Shown here in pieces: positions 22,506 through 33,552 of a DNA stretch of 64,000 nucleotides. The stretch is taken from positions 1 to 64,000 of IMG/VR virus record IMGVR_UViG_2854395284_000001. One strand, written 5' to 3'. Position 1 is the first letter of the stretch. Every line of letters starts with the position of its first letter. This DNA is from a virus. Lineage: Duplodnaviria > Caudoviricetes. The notes beneath the pieces were generated by a model that was not told where the DNA came from, made no database searches, and was given only the letters and a program-made list of their open reading frames with translations. Made by a program: the position numbers and the translations under genes.

Positions 22506-22535
22506 TACAAAAGGAAGCTTAACGCTTCCTTTGTA
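22506..22535 (-). terminator. Intrinsic terminator between antitoxin RNA and toxin
   Basis: AAAGGAAGC-GTTAA-GCTTCCTTTT hairpin; canonical type III TA arrangement. Confidence 0.75.
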
Positions 22536-22541
22536 CAATAA

Positions 22542-22632
22542 TTTTTCGATTTTTTATTAGCCAGGTGACATCGAGAAACCCCTCGCAATATTTTCAGGTC
22601 ATTTTGTGCCGGACACTCCTGAACTATGTCCC
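22542..22632 (-). ncRNA. Putative type III antitoxin RNA, two diverged H-type pseudoknot units
   Basis: Unit 1 GGACA/UGUCC + UUCAGG/CCUGAA; unit 2 AGGGG/CACCU + UCGAU/AUCGA; both have a 12-nt GGC-initiated A-rich loop and end in GAAAA. Confidence 0.65.
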
Positions 22633-23217
22633 ATATAATAAGAAAACTGTTTTGTTTTCTTGATTTTATTATATGCAATTTTCGGAGAAAAATCTATTCA
22701 CAAAATTCACAAACATGCGAACGGTGGTTCGTATAACTTCCACAAACTTGCATAAACTTCTCTATTGTTCTATTTCGTTGTCTTTTCTTTTACTTACTTC
22801 TCGCATACATGTGTTCGAGAGATTCTTTACTCGTATCTACACTGTGTTCTATCTATTCGTCAGTAGCTATAGGAAAGAACACACCTCAAAATTATAATAT
22901 CACTTAATATTCAAATAGTCTATATTTTTTCGACCGCCAATCGCTTGCAGTCTTCCATTAAGGCATTACGCCACCCAATATGGGTTAGTCTCTGAACGTC
23001 TTCCATATCATTTCTGACTTAGGAAGTTCGCTGCGTCTGAGTGACTTGCACACCCGGTTATCCCTAGTTTAATTATTTTTATGGTTTCTATCCAATAACG
23101 GACTGTGAGTTTAAAACTCTACCGCATTCACGCCTATCGTTTCCGGTTACGTTGTAGCCAATTAAACCTTATGGGGACTCCCCGCAATTAAATAGATTTT
23201 ACAGGAGCAAATATTTC

Positions 23218-26200
23218 ACCCCTTCTAAAGCCATGATCTGTGCTTTAATAGCATTAATATCATTGCTCTTTTTGGATATTGATTTATCATAGGAATAATA
23301 GTCAGCTTTTGCTTGAAGCGCCGACTTTCTCTTGCTGATTATTTTATCAAGATAATCAACCTCTGTACTCATAGCGTTCTTATACAGATCAACCAGACTG
23401 TCCTGATATGATTTCACATCTGCAATCGAACCTTGAATACCTTCACGGTAATCTTTTGACTTGTCATTATATTCCGTTAAGGAAATAACCCCATTGTCAT
23501 AAGACTTTTTCAGTTTTTGCAGACCCGTGGTATAATCTGCAATTTTTTGTTTTGCCGTACCAATACTCTGCTGTAAGAGAGCAACTTGTGCCAATCCATC
23601 TTCCGTGATACGTCCTTGCTTATCAAGGAATGCATCATCGTTCAGAAGGTCGCGGAAACTTTTCAGCTCATCTTCAAGGTCACTGTACTTCTGGATAGCA
23701 TCGTCAAGTGGCTTGAATCGTAGCTCATAGATACTATCTTGAAGAGATTCGTTGTCCGTAATCAGTTCCAGAGTATTCTCTTTTAACGTTTGAATCTTTT
23801 CTGCATAATCTTGATACGATTTAGAATTGACATCAAGAACCGCCTGTTTCTTCCGGTATATTTCCATCTGCTTTAGATTCTGCTGTACCTGAGCGTTATT
23901 ATTATCTATACGATCAGTGTATAGATTCTCTGGCACATCACGATTCTGGGATTGCAGGTAAGAAATATATTTCTCCGTAATATCCGAATTACGTTTGATT
24001 CCGGCAATTACATTCTGGATAGTATCAATTTTAATCTGATCCAATTTATCCCGTAGTTCAATTAGACTGGTAGAAGCATCATAAATCTTAGCTGTGAAGT
24101 CTTGGATATTCTTCATAGCAGACTGGTATGCATCGGAACCTTTCTTTAATAAACCACTGGACAGCTGGGAATTGATTTCCTTCTGATACTCATTGAGTTT
24201 CTGCGTAAGCTGTTTGTAAGTATCTTCCTGTGCTTTGATGGATTTATTGATATTGGCATAATTGTCTGGATTGTCAATCGCCACACCCAGCGCATCGTTG
24301 AGAGAAATTTTGGAATCGGCTACGGTTTTTATCGCATCGTTGATGTCTACGATCGTATCATATTCTTTTTCAATGATTTCCAGACGTTTTTCAGCGAGTT
24401 CGGTAATTTTATCTTCGAGTTTGGCTACGTTATCAGCAGCGGATTCATATTTACTGTAGTAGTCCTTATACTCATCAATCTTTTTCTTCAGATCCTCGTT
24501 GGTTACTTTTTCCACATCAAGTGTGCCATTCTGGATTTTAGAGATATAAGAAGGATCAAGCCCCACGTTCGCCGCAAGCTGTAAATACTTGTTGGCTGAC
24601 TGCTGATTTGCAGTTAATTCCTGCTGAACTTTACTGATAGCGTCATATGCTTTTGTCTGCTTCTGCGCCAGACCGATAGCACGATCAATGTTATCAACTG
24701 CAATCTCAGTAGCACGAGACATTTCCTTAAGAAATACTTCTATCCAGTCGAAGGTTTCCTCGGTTGCTTCTTTGGTGGAAGAGCTGCCGGAACTTCCTCC
24801 GGAAGAGCCACCGGATGAGGATCGAGTTGAACCACCAGAAGATGATCCACTGTTTCTACTACTACTGCTACCAGAAGATGAGTTAGGGCTTGTATTATTC
24901 TGTTTCTTTTTTTCTTCCCATGTGGAAGAATCTGCTTTTGTTCCAGAACTTCCAACATTAAATCTTCCCGATCCGCCAGAGAACGCACTACCTAAAGAAT
25001 AACCATCACCTGCAAGCTGTGCATGAGAGCCGGTAACATAACCATGTTCAAGTAACTGCTCCGTTTGATCACCGTTGAATACAACATCATCTTTCTTCAA
25101 ATTTGCAAAAGTAGGATCGCCGCCATTCAAGATAAACGCCTTACCATCCCGAACGATTGCTTCTGGTTTTAACTCATTTACAAGCGCATGTGGTTCATTG
25201 TGAGCAAGCCCCCAATTACGGCTTGCAGTACCTGACGCATGAGCAGTTCCTATAGCGTGTGCCGTACCATTTACTCTTGGAACAGTACCATTTGTCTTAA
25301 TATTGTAAGTCAGACTTCTTGTTTTATTGCCTGGTAAATTTTCAAGTCCGGAAACAACCACACTGTAAGTAACCGTAGCATTTTTGTCTTTCGGATCATA
25401 ACTGTCAATCGCACTATGGTCAACTTTGTATTTGACAGTAGCGTCCTTATCTTTCGGCGTATAATTTACAATCGCTTCTTCGTTTACACCAGCTTTTACA
25501 AGTAATTCTGGCGTAATTCCAGAAATCTTTGCAGAGACGTTGGCAAGAGCATTCGGATCAAGATTTACCCCTATTCCTACATCAATCGGATGAGTAGCAA
25601 TATTAGAAAGTTTCGACTGAAAATCAGTATCGTCAAGACCTAACTTTGCTGTCGTATCAGCATCAAGATTCTGTAGCTGTCCTGCCAACTGTTGTACTTT
25701 CTGCTGTGCATCTGTGGTATCAATGTCGATGCCCTGTGTTTTCATCGTGTTCTGTGCATTCAGAATCTCTACAGCATTCTGATATTCCTGTAATTTTCCG
25801 ATCGCATTGCCTAGTTCTCCGTCAACCTGCGAAGTATCAACCTGTAGAATAGCTGGTGTATTTTCAAGATTCTGTTTCGTAGCGTACAGGGATTGTAAAC
25901 TGTTGACAGCATCCTGTGTGTCAGCATTAACAGGAATCGTACCGTCTTCGTTTCTGAACTGCTCCAACTGACTCTTCAGATCAGAGATCTTTTGATCGAC
26001 AGAACTTGCATCCGCATCAATTACAATGTTATTTTGTCCAGCTTCATGCTGTTTCTGCACCAGATAGTCAAGAATATTATTGGCTTGTTCTAAACGTTCT
26101 GTCCGAACTTCTGGTTCCAAATCAGCGTCATTGACTTGTTGAATATATTCTTTAACCTTGCCAATGTCATCTGTGATTTCACTGAATGAATCTGTGTCCA

Positions 26201-29087
26201 GATTGATGCTATCAAGAGAAGTTTCACCCATTCCATCAAGAGCTTCTTTGGCTGATTGAGCTTCTGTCTTTAGTTGTTCCAGAGATTTAACCGGCTGATC
26301 GAGGTCTATGTCAAAGCCAAAATCATGCAGTTTTCTTAGTACTGATTGCACAGCTTCCACATCAATTCCCAGTGCATCCGCAATTTCTTGATCGTTTCCG
26401 ACACCAAAATTAATTTGCCAGGAACCATCCTCGTTCATATGTGCCCATTCGGAGTTAAGATTGGATATGTCCTGCAAGAATGCTTGACATCCTTCCTGTC
26501 CTTCTGTGAAGTAACGCTCCATCTTCGGATAGGATTCTTCATAGGCAGCCACGATTTCATCCACACTGGCATTGGTCAGATCCTTATTTGACATCAGATC
26601 AACAAACTCTCGGAATTTGTTTTCTCCCACAAGTCCTTTATCGTAGAGATCTTTGATGGATTCCATGTTACCCTGGATGGAATCATACATATTACCTTCT
26701 TCAACACCGGACATAGCATCCTGCCATTGTTGATAAGCAGAAGTAGCAGTTTGATACTGATATGCTAGATCTTCCAGAGAGGAAATATTATTCAAAATAC
26801 CTTCGCGCTGTGCCTGTAAACCGCTGACATCTTGACCTTTTACCATTGCATCGGCAATCTGCTCCTCGACTTGTCTAAGTGCTTCCTGTTGATCTGCAAG
26901 GCCGGAAAGATAATCCGCTTTGTTCATTTCAGATTGTTGTGCCTGTAATTTTGCAAGCTCTTCACGATTGATATGGTAACCGTCTGCGGTTTTCTCCAAA
27001 GCACGCGCAGCATCATCTCCGAACATTTCTTTAAATGCTTTCACATTATCGGCAGAAATACCTGCTCCCGAAACAGATTCAGACATAATCGTCTTGAGCG
27101 TTTCCAGATTTGCTTGTGCTTGCTGAATGGTAGTATTGACTTCTGAGAAGGAATCATCCACTTGATTCATGGATACGGTTGCCGTCATACCCATATCCGT
27201 TAAGAGATCAACAACTTTTGCCACACTTTCAGCAGAATCATCGGAAACAATTCCGAGATCCATTGCTTCATTGACTGCCATTCGCAAAGCATCTTTGCCA
27301 GCTACAACATCACTTGTATCAAGATTGATACTCTTGAGGTCAATATCTGTGTAATTCTTCAACTCTTTGAGCTTTGAAAGTACGGTATTATTTAACTTAT
27401 CTGCACCTCTGCCGGACAGCCGTTCCTTGAACTCATAAGTCTTTTCGGATGCTGTATCAATACCGTCTGCAATCTCATCGAACAACTCCTTGTATTTCTT
27501 ACCGGAATCCGTACTGACAATATTATCCACGGAATCTTTTACGCCATCTAATGCAGTTTTCGCTGATTCGACCTTAGATGTATCTCCACTTTGCAAAGCT
27601 TCGTTATATTTGTCCACTGCATCCGCATATTGCTGATATACAGTTGCTGGTTTATTGTTACCGTAACCTTCTGCAAGCATGGAATTTTTCAGATACTCTT
27701 GATATACTTCTTGATGCTTATCCAAAATATCCTTATAAGAAGATTCTGCATCTTCCGCGGAACTGATGATATTATCAAAGTAATCAGTATTCTTACCCTC
27801 GTCCTCAAACTGCCGTTTCAGCTCTTTAACAGTAGCGAGGAAGGAATTTAATTTTTCATCTGCTCCTGTAACTGTTTCATTTTCAAAACCGAGTTGGAAC
27901 TGACCTGTGCTTGTACTTGTGTACTGTTTTAGTCCAGCTTTTTTTGCCGCTTTCTGGATTTCTTCGATCTGAGTTTTGCTATTTTGGTAACGCTTCAGCG
28001 CATCTTTATATACGTCTGAATTTGTATATTCAGATTTCTGTGGTTCCGAGCCGAGCATAGCTAAAGTAGGTGTATTACCAAAGAATGACTCATAATCATC
28101 TTTGGTCATTTTCTTTTTAGCTTTTTCGTAATTCTTCTCATTATCCGAATCATTCAGCCAACTTTTCGCATTTTCAACTTTGAGCTGCTGCATCTTCTCG
28201 ATCTGCTCATCGAGTTTGCCATTTACAAGATCAATTCCATCCGCCTGTTCTCCATAAGAGTCTGATAATTGACTTTGGATATCTAGCAATTGACTCTTCG
28301 TGTTGTATGCTTCTTGCTCCGTAAGAGTACCAGAATCAAGAGAATCCCTTAGTTCCTGTGCTTTACTAATATTGTCATCAATAGACTTATTACGTTCCTC
28401 TATCTCTGCTATGGAGTCTTTCGTGTGCTGGATGGATTCCTGGACAGATTGATTGTAGCCTTGCCATGCTGCAACGCCTACGGTAACTGCTGTGGTTAAA
28501 AGGAAAATCGGATTTGTAAATGTAGCAAGAAGACCTTTAAAATAGTTTGATAAACCAGAAAATGCGGATTTTGTGGTTTCTACTTTGGGTGCTAATTCAA
28601 CAATTGAGTCACCTAAATCTTGATTATTATCAATGAGATCTTTAACAAACTCATTATATGCCGCGCTGCCTTTTTCACCTGAATTAGCTATCATATCAGC
28701 AATATCGTTATCTTTATATTTTTTTAAGACTTCAGAATTACTACTCATCAAGGCGTCAACTAAATCGCTTGCATTATTTATATTTAATTCTATAGCCTTA
28801 CTAAATGTAAGATTACCTGCCGCAGCTTTTTGATATAAATCAGCGTCATTCGCAAGAGATAATGCTTGTTTTGTCAACGCATCGTTTAAGCCCATGACAG
28901 ATGCTTTAGTTTTAATTTGCTCTGTGGAAAATTCACTAATTCCATTTTTCCCAACTTTAAAAGACTCGTTAAAAGACTGTTGTAGTGTACTGCTTAATGT
29001 GTCAAATGTTGAGTTTTTTCCATATTTATTTCTCAGTAAGTTTAATTCTCCAAAACTACCAAATAAATCACCTAAATTTTTTAACTG
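23218..29087 (-). CDS. Tape measure protein exon 4
   Basis: Long helical ORF with no RBS before its nominal TTG; joins exon 3 in frame (ATA GGT|CAG TTA). Confidence 0.85.
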
Positions 29088-29107
29088 CAAATAAAATTAT
29101 TGTATAA

Positions 29108-29138
29108 TGTTGGATTTATATAATAATTATGATATAAT
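29108..29138 (+). promoter_or_regulatory. Sigma-A-type promoter for intron cargo (TTGGAT-17-TATAAT, extended -10); near-duplicate at 29961-29991
   Basis: tgttggatttatataataattatgatataat versus tgttggatttatataacaattgtggtataat. Confidence 0.7.
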
Positions 29139-29173
29139 GTAATCAATTTGATATATAAGGAGGTATTATCTCT

Positions 29174-29737
29174 ATGGATTTTCAGAATTTAATAATTTGT
29201 CCAGATTGTAATGAGAATGTAAGTATCCACGCAGAAATATGTCCTCATTGTGGACGACCAATAAAAAAATATCTTGAAGAAAATAATATTAATGATTTTA
29301 CTAAAGGTTTTATCTGTCCGAGATGTGGTGACAAAGAAGCTTTGTATTTTACTCCATACAGAAGAGTAAGTTGTGAATATTGTCATATCCCATTTATTCA
29401 AACAAAATATGAGATTGTTGATTTCTTTAATCACCATGGAGAAAGCAAAGAAGATATTCTTCACGATTTAAAAGAACTTGGAGTAGACGATCAATTTGAT
29501 GAAAATGAATATAATAAACGATGTCTAAAAGAAGAAGAATACAGAAAAAATTTAAGGAAACAAGCAAGTCATGAACTTCAACAATCCACTAATCAACACC
29601 ACTGTCCAGTATGCCAATCCACAAATATCGAGAAGATTGGCATGTTTAAGCGTATGCTTTCTACCAGCATGTTTGGAATTGCATCTGATAAAATTGGAAA
29701 ACAGTTTACGTGTAAAAATTGCGGATATAAATTTTAG
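29174..29737 (+). CDS. Multi-zinc-ribbon protein (intron cargo), paralogue of 32188-32775
   Basis: Six CxxC pairs; AAGGAGG RBS; C-terminal CPxC-ST.I.KI...KQF.CKNCGYK. Confidence 0.85.
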   Translation: MDFQNLIICPDCNENVSIHAEICPHCGRPIKKYLEENNINDFTKGFICPRCGDKEALYFTPYRRVSCEYCHIPFIQTKYEIVDFFNHHGESKEDILHDLKELGVDDQFDENEYNKRCLKEEEYRKNLRKQASHELQQSTNQHHCPVCQSTNIEKIGMFKRMLSTSMFGIASDKIGKQFTCKNCGYKF

Positions 29738-29739
29738 AA

Positions 29740-29940
29740 TCATTCCTCATTTACTTTTACCTGTTTCACAAGACATTTCATTTTCTCCTGTAACACACGC
29801 TGCTCTTCAGTAAGAGTAGATGGATCAGTATATATGGAAGGATAATCAGTCTGCGGAAATGGATAATCTATGATTGAATTTGCCATAACATATTTGTGGA
29901 ATTTTTCAAACCCATAATCAATTAAAATACTATCGTACAT
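29740..29940 (-). CDS. Small hypothetical protein (intron cargo)
   Basis: GAGGTG RBS before MYDSIL. Confidence 0.45.
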   Translation of the reverse strand: MYDSILIDYGFEKFHKYVMANSIIDYPFPQTDYPSIYTDPSTLTEEQRVLQEKMKCLVKQVKVNEE

Positions 29941-30032
29941 TTTATATTCACCTCTAGAAATGTTGGATTTATATAACAATTGTGGTATAATTTAAAATTA
30001 TCAAATATATAAATAAGCGGATGGGAAAATAC

Positions 30033-31121
30033 ATGAAAAGAAAACACACAATACGGATAACAGGTCTTTTATGCTTTTCTTTTTTTATTACAAGTTGTGG
30101 ACAATCATCTGCAACATCAGCTTCTAGTGTAATCAAAGAGGCAGTTAATACTGATAGCATCGAACAGATTATTTCAGAAGATAATGAAACGACTGACACA
30201 GCTATAGACGTTTCAGATCAATCAAGCAATTTAACAACAGATAAAGTGTCAAATGTAACATGCTCATGGGAAGATAGTGAAGTACCAATAGAAGTTGGAA
30301 ATGATAATTCAAAAGCACTAATTAAAGATACAAGAATTGTTAATTCTTCATATGGCACATTACTGATTATGGATTTTACATATACCAACAATACTGCGCA
30401 AGCATCAGATTTTATTAATGATAGCAATTGTGATGTAAAACCATATCAAAATGGTATAGAATTAGATAGACCAGGGATAACATCCGAAGCGGGTATTTAT
30501 GATTATAGTGATGCATTTACAAATGTAAAAGATGGAGGAATAATAAATACGCAACTTGTATGGGTTCTTAAAGATACGATGAACCCAGTTGAAATTGATT
30601 TTGGAATAGATTCAAATTACGATCCTGCATATTCAAAGACATTAACTTTAACTGGCGGCAAAGACATTGAAGATAAACAAGATAAATCGCAAGAAACAAA
30701 AGAATCCGATTATAATATATCGTGGCTGAATGACAATGTACCAGAAAAAATTGGAAATGATAATTCGTATGCAATATTAAAAAATACATCTGTTTTGAAA
30801 TCCCCGTCATATGGAATCGTATTAGTAATGGATTTTGAATACACAAATAATCTGGATAAAGCTAGAAATTTTATCAATAACACACCATGCCTTGTAAAGA
30901 TTTATCAGAATGGTGTTGAATTAGATAGTCCTGGAAATACATCGGAACAAGGAATATTCGATTATTCTAATGCGTTTACTGGTGTAAAAAATGGTGGAAC
31001 ATTAAAAACACAGTTGGTTTGGGTTTTACCAGATGATAAAAGTCCCGTAGAAGTCGAATTTGGTTTGGATAATAATTATAAACCACAATATGATTGTACA
31101 TTAAACATTTCTGAAAAATAA
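30033..31121 (+). CDS. Lipoprotein with two tandem DUF5067-like Ig-fold domains (intron cargo)
   Basis: Signal peptide with lipobox-like ITSC; duplicated 'MDF.YTNN...YQNG.ELD.PG.TSE..VK.GG...TQLVWVL'. Confidence 0.8.
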   Translation: MKRKHTIRITGLLCFSFFITSCGQSSATSASSVIKEAVNTDSIEQIISEDNETTDTAIDVSDQSSNLTTDKVSNVTCSWEDSEVPIEVGNDNSKALIKDTRIVNSSYGTLLIMDFTYTNNTAQASDFINDSNCDVKPYQNGIELDRPGITSEAGIYDYSDAFTNVKDGGIINTQLVWVLKDTMNPVEIDFGIDSNYDPAYSKTLTLTGGKDIEDKQDKSQETKESDYNISWLNDNVPEKIGNDNSYAILKNTSVLKSPSYGIVLVMDFEYTNNLDKARNFINNTPCLVKIYQNGVELDSPGNTSEQGIFDYSNAFTGVKNGGTLKTQLVWVLPDDKSPVEVEFGLDNNYKPQYDCTLNISEK

Positions 31122-31164
31122 ATTGGTTCACAATATTTAGTATAATGTGGGGAGGGAAAACTAC

Positions 31165-31782
31165 ATGGCATTAATCAAATGTCCAAAATGTGGTCGTGAA
31201 AATGTTTCTAATTCTGCTGAAAGGTGTCCGTCATGCGGATACAATATTAAGGAATACTATGACAAGTCGCATGAAAAAGACAATGAAAATAAAAGAATTG
31301 TATTAGGTATAGGTATAGTAATATTAGTCTTTGCAGTCCTTTTCCTTAAGAAAGAATCGTTCACTACTCATGACGCTGATCCTTTTAAAAAATATTATTC
31401 GAACTTTGGAAAGGATATTTCGACTGTTAATAAATCTAAAAAATACATAATAAGTTCAACATCTGACCATAAAGGAATGTTGGTAAACAATTCTGTTAAA
31501 ATATGGAATATAGATGGAAAGTTATTATTGATAGCTAACGACCAAGATGATGATGAACTAGGACTTTTAATATGGAGTGCGGAAAATGTTGAATTAGATA
31601 ATACTCAATTAGATCATATAGTTGAAAAAATGGATAAATTATATGGTAAAAACACTTATCATTACGATATTGAAAATGATTTAAAAGTATATGATTGGGA
31701 TGAACTATCCAATATGAAAATTGAATTGTTTTATCGTCCCTGTATTAAAACGATGATGATAAGTTTTTCAACAAATGAATGA
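31165..31782 (+). CDS. Zinc-ribbon, single-TM membrane protein (intron cargo)
   Basis: MALIKCPKCG..CPSCG followed by a hydrophobic helix. Confidence 0.8.
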   Translation: MALIKCPKCGRENVSNSAERCPSCGYNIKEYYDKSHEKDNENKRIVLGIGIVILVFAVLFLKKESFTTHDADPFKKYYSNFGKDISTVNKSKKYIISSTSDHKGMLVNNSVKIWNIDGKLLLIANDQDDDELGLLIWSAENVELDNTQLDHIVEKMDKLYGKNTYHYDIENDLKVYDWDELSNMKIELFYRPCIKTMMISFSTNE

Positions 31783-31799
31783 TAAGGAGATTTAACGTT

Positions 31800-32135
31800 A
31801 TGAAATGTACAGAATGTGGCAAGGAATTAACAGCAGAAGAGCAGAGCCAAGGAACTTGTTCATCTTGCGGGAAAAAGATTGAAACTCCGGCAACATCCAA
31901 TACATCGGAAGAAATTTATACAACGCTTGTTGGACAATCATTGAAGATTGTGGGAATAATTGTTCTAGTAGGTGGTTTTATTGGATCTTTCTTAATAGGA
32001 AAAGATGATTATGGTTATCTTTCTTATTCTAGCTTTTTCTTTTATCTTTTTGTATCTGTTATCGGTGGTTTGCTGATTACAGGTATGGGCGAAATTGTTA
32101 ATTTTCTATATACCATTTGCAAAAAGCTAAAGTGA
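31800..32135 (+). CDS. Zinc-ribbon, two-TM membrane protein (intron cargo)
   Basis: CTECG..CSSCG, two hydrophobic segments, AAGGAG RBS. Confidence 0.8.
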   Translation: MKCTECGKELTAEEQSQGTCSSCGKKIETPATSNTSEEIYTTLVGQSLKIVGIIVLVGGFIGSFLIGKDDYGYLSYSSFFFYLFVSVIGGLLITGMGEIVNFLYTICKKLK

Positions 32136-32187
32136 TGTCGTATAGACTTCAACTCAACTAGGAAATATTTACGGAGGTAATATCTAT

Positions 32188-32775
32188 ATGAGTAAAGTTT
32201 TTTGCCCTGAATGTGGAAAAATTTTAAGTCAATATGCAGAAACTTGTCCTGATTGTAGTTTCCCAATAGCCAAATACGTAAAAGACGCCAATCTTACAGA
32301 CTTTTCAAAAACATTTGTATGCCCTAAATGCGGTTATTGGAGCGACATGAATAGCATTGCTGGCGAAATTATGTGTGAATACTGCCATCTTCCTATGTTT
32401 CAAACAGATGAAGATGGAGATGTAACTCTAAAAGCAACGTTAAATATGAAATCAAATGAAGAAAAAGATTCTTATATTTATTCTCTTTTAGAACGTTGCG
32501 GTAAAACAGATGAATATAGTGAAGAAGCTCATCAAAATTTCCGCCGCAAATTACACGAATGGGCAGAAGAGGAGCGTAAAAAACCGAGCCAACCAGTAGT
32601 TCAGCAGTCCACTACCACACCATCTGCCAACCAACCTCACTGTCCGACTTGCGGTTCTACCGACATCATCAAAATTTCAGCAGCTAAGAAAGCTGTAGGC
32701 GCTGGATTATTCGGATTATTCAGTAAAACCGCTAAGAGTCAGTTTGAATGTAAGAATTGTGGTTATAAGTGGTAA
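32188..32775 (+). CDS. Multi-zinc-ribbon protein (intron cargo)
   Basis: Six CxxC pairs; GGAGG RBS. Confidence 0.85.
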   Translation: MSKVFCPECGKILSQYAETCPDCSFPIAKYVKDANLTDFSKTFVCPKCGYWSDMNSIAGEIMCEYCHLPMFQTDEDGDVTLKATLNMKSNEEKDSYIYSLLERCGKTDEYSEEAHQNFRRKLHEWAEEERKKPSQPVVQQSTTTPSANQPHCPTCGSTDIIKISAAKKAVGAGLFGLFSKTAKSQFECKNCGYKW

Positions 32776-32799
32776 ACTATTCTATGTGAGGTATAAAAC

Positions 32800-33552
32800 A
32801 TGAGTATATTTGAAAAAGACGATTCAATGAATCGATCCGTTAATTTATGCCTAAGTATGTGTGAACAGCTATATAAAATAAAATCTCATAATTTAACCAT
32901 TCTTTTTTCAGACGATATTATGCATGATCGTTTACAATATCAAAATGAAAAAGTTGAATTATCCGAAGAACCAGAGGGATTATATGTTCCTGGCGAAAAT
33001 GGTGCTATTTTTATAAACTATCCTAATTATATAAAAAATCCACCTGCAACGTTAATTACAATAGTGCATGAGCTTATCCATTATTTTGATTCAATGCTAT
33101 TCGTAAATGACTTTTGCGATGGAAACTGGGATAATTTTGAAAATCATGAAATATATAAAACATTCCGTTTGTGGAGTGAATTTCACGCAGTATACCGTTC
33201 TTTATTACTTGGAAGAGAGATATATGCTTATGCAATGCCAGAATATTACTCCAGAGAAGATATTATAGAAGAATTTCAGGACTTTACTAAAATTAATAAT
33301 TATAAAAATTACATAGAATCATTTGACGTAGTTGATTATTATCATATTTTTCGATATTGTGCGGAAGTTATGTTGTGTATAGGAATGAATAATCAAATCA
33401 CATTAGATTATTGTATTACAAATAAATTAGTAAAGGATTTTCCCGCTTTTAAAGAATTATTTTATGATTTGTCAAAGATGACTACGTATGAAAAAGCCAA
33501 GGAACACTTAGACCTGATGCATTGGGAATTGTTCAAACATTTTGAATATTAA
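32800..33552 (+). CDS. Putative HEXXH zinc metallopeptidase (intron cargo)
   Basis: EGLYV..IFIN..TIVHELIHYFD..WSEFHA zincin-like pattern. Confidence 0.7.
   Translation: MSIFEKDDSMNRSVNLCLSMCEQLYKIKSHNLTILFSDDIMHDRLQYQNEKVELSEEPEGLYVPGENGAIFINYPNYIKNPPATLITIVHELIHYFDSMLFVNDFCDGNWDNFENHEIYKTFRLWSEFHAVYRSLLLGREIYAYAMPEYYSREDIIEEFQDFTKINNYKNYIESFDVVDYYHIFRYCAEVMLCIGMNNQITLDYCITNKLVKDFPAFKELFYDLSKMTTYEKAKEHLDLMHWELFKHFEY

Larger units (their letters stand above)
21829..23217 (-). ncRNA. Group I intron 4 of tape measure gene (1389 nt), toxin-antitoxin cargo in L8
   Basis: 5' site after U, terminal G; IGS UAUUU-G-CUCC pairs both exons; P7 GAGACUA/UAGUCC; P8 CUAUUUGAAU/AUUCAAAUAG closes a ~1-kb loop. 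Confidence 0.9.

Noticed and set aside
22673-22900. Possible homing endonuclease remnant in intron 4 upstream of the antitoxin
   Set aside because: No recognisable HNH, GIY-YIG or LAGLIDADG motif by eye; a six-frame HMM search would be needed.
8250-29094. Many short plus-strand ORFs opposite long structural genes
   Set aside because: Shadow ORFs with no RBS or recognisable motifs.
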